Positions 62,541-64,000 of a stretch of DNA of 64,000 nt are shown here, one piece after another. The translations under genes and the position numbers were made by a program. The stretch's first letter is position 1; the number at the start of each line of letters is the position of its first letter. Source of the stretch: the human T2T-CHM13v2.0 reference genome, Homo sapiens; the NCBI RefSeq assembly GCF_009914755.1, contig NC_060926.1; one strand, written 5' to 3'. The notes below the pieces were generated by a model. The model was not told the DNA's origin and did not search any database. It saw nothing but the letters and a program-made list of their open reading frames with translations.

Positions 62541-62561
62541 TTTAACTATGCTTCTATGCTT

Positions 62562-62562
<1 letters not shown>

Positions 62563-62611
<49 letters not shown>
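62563..62611. repeat. Pure T49 homopolymer
   Basis: Directly visible; no adjacent Alu body. Confidence 0.95.
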
Positions 62612-62612
<1 letters not shown>

Positions 62613-62627
62613 GTGGTCACTCTAGAG

Positions 62628-62848
62628 CAAGGGGTCAGTCAGCTCCATAGTCTATGGGCCAAATTCAGCCAACCACCTATTTTTGTAAATAGTTTTATTG
62701 GAACATAGCCATACTCATTCACTTACATATTGTATTTGATTGCTTTTGTTCCATAGTGGCAGAGCTAACTGCAACAGAGACTGTATGGTCAAAAAAGCCT
62801 AAAATATTTACTCTCAGGCATTTTACAAAACAAGTTTGCAAATCCCTG
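62628..62848 (+). mobile_element. MER58A hAT-Charlie MITE
   Basis: CAAGGGGTCAG...gggccaaattcagcc...gttttattggaacatagcca...AATCCCTG; follows the target site CTCTAGAG. Confidence 0.88.
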
Positions 62849-62855
62849 CTCAGCA

Positions 62856-63131
62856 CAATCCTGCCTAACAGAAATATAATGCAAGCCACATATGCAATTT
62901 AAAAAATTCTACTAACCACATTTCAAAAAGTAAAAAGAAACAGGTAGAATCTATTTTAATAACGTCCTCTGATTAAACCAGTATCCACAATGGTATAATC
63001 AGAATAATATTACTGAGATACTTACATCTTTTTCTAAAGTCTTCAAAATTTGGTGTCTATTTTATAGTAACAGCACATCTCAATTATAACTAGCCATATT
63101 TCAAGTGGTCAAGTCATATTAGACAGCGTGG
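62856..63131 (+). mobile_element. MER33 hAT-Charlie MITE
   Basis: agaaatataatgcaagccacatatg...aaaagtaaaaagaaacaggt...cagcacatctcaatt...tagacagcgtgg; followed by CTCTAGAA. Confidence 0.85.
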
Positions 63132-63579
63132 CTCTAGAAATTACCATGTGCACATTTAACTGATCATATTACATTCTATCTTGACTTAATGTGTAAGAAC
63201 CTTACAAATATATACTTCCCTTTATCCCACATCCTTTGTGCTATTGTTGTTATACGTTTTGCTTTTACATGTGTAATATATTTCAGAATGCATTGGTATT
63301 GTTGCTTTAAGGAGCCATTTTTCATTTTAAAAAAATTAAGAAAGGAAAAGGAAAAAAAGTCTTAACATATCCCAGTATTTACAGTTACTGAAATTCTTTA
63401 TTCCTTCAATAGATCTTAGTTTGGTATAATTTCTCTTCAGCCTGAACAAATTCCTTTAACATTTATCATAGTATATATTTCCTGGAATCTAATTCTGTCA
63501 CCTCTTGTCTGTCTGAAAATATTTGTATTTCACCTGCATTTTTTTTTGTAGTGGTGGATTTATATTTTATTTCTGCATT

Positions 63580-64000
63580 TTTTTAACAGTTTATTTTGAA
63601 GTAACTGTAGACTCCGAAATTGCAAAAATACATACAGCCTCCCTATACCCTTACCTACCCTTTCACCCAACTCCTGCAAATGAAAACATTTTACATAACC
63701 ATAATATAATTTTACAAAGCAGGAAATTGACATTCATATACTACCATAAAATACAGACCTTATTAGGATATCACCAATTTTGACATGTACTCGTGCATGT
63801 CTGTGTTCCTTAGATATTTTATAACATGTATGGAGTAACCACCACAATTATCCTGCAGACCTGTTCCATGACCACATAGGAATTGCTCATGCTATAGTGA
63901 CACTCTCTTCCCAATCCTAATCCTCAGAAAGCAGTGGGTTTATTCTGCATCACTGTAATTTTATCATTTTGAGTGTATCATATAAATCAAATCTTATGAT
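63580..64000 (-). mobile_element. L1MC-type 3' end, runs off the window
   Basis: tttattttgaagtaactgtagactc...tttcacccaactcc...ggaaattgacatt motifs. Confidence 0.7.

Overview
This is human genomic DNA from inside the VRK2 (vaccinia-related kinase 2) gene, + strand. A human-specific AluYb8 is present. Six coding exons (93, 133, 121, 59, 167 and 159 nt; about exons 7-12 of the canonical transcript) have AG/GT boundaries and join into one 244-codon frame covering the catalytic loop, activation segment, C-lobe and start of the C-terminal tail. The rest is intron filled with transposable elements: Alus, L1 fragments of several ages, Tigger and hAT MITEs, solo LTRs, and an antisense ~5.7 kb HERV-H provirus nested in an older ERV1 LTR. 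Nearly all ORFs in the track are repeat-derived or spurious. I found no new multi-gene system. The best leads are: (1) a ~335-355 bp inverted duplication with a ~3 kb spacer that I cannot assign to any repeat family; (2) an intact-looking antisense HERV-H promoter and splice donor; (3) a human-specific inverted Alu pair around the frameshifting 59-nt exon; (4) a 64-bp poly(A)-tailed, TSD-flanked retrocopy of an ERV LTR transcript end; (5) an 82-bp perfect palindrome in an AT-rich VNTR; (6) the Val allele next to the catalytic Asp. Repeat subfamily names come from recalled consensus sequences, not from a search, and boundaries of old elements are approximate.
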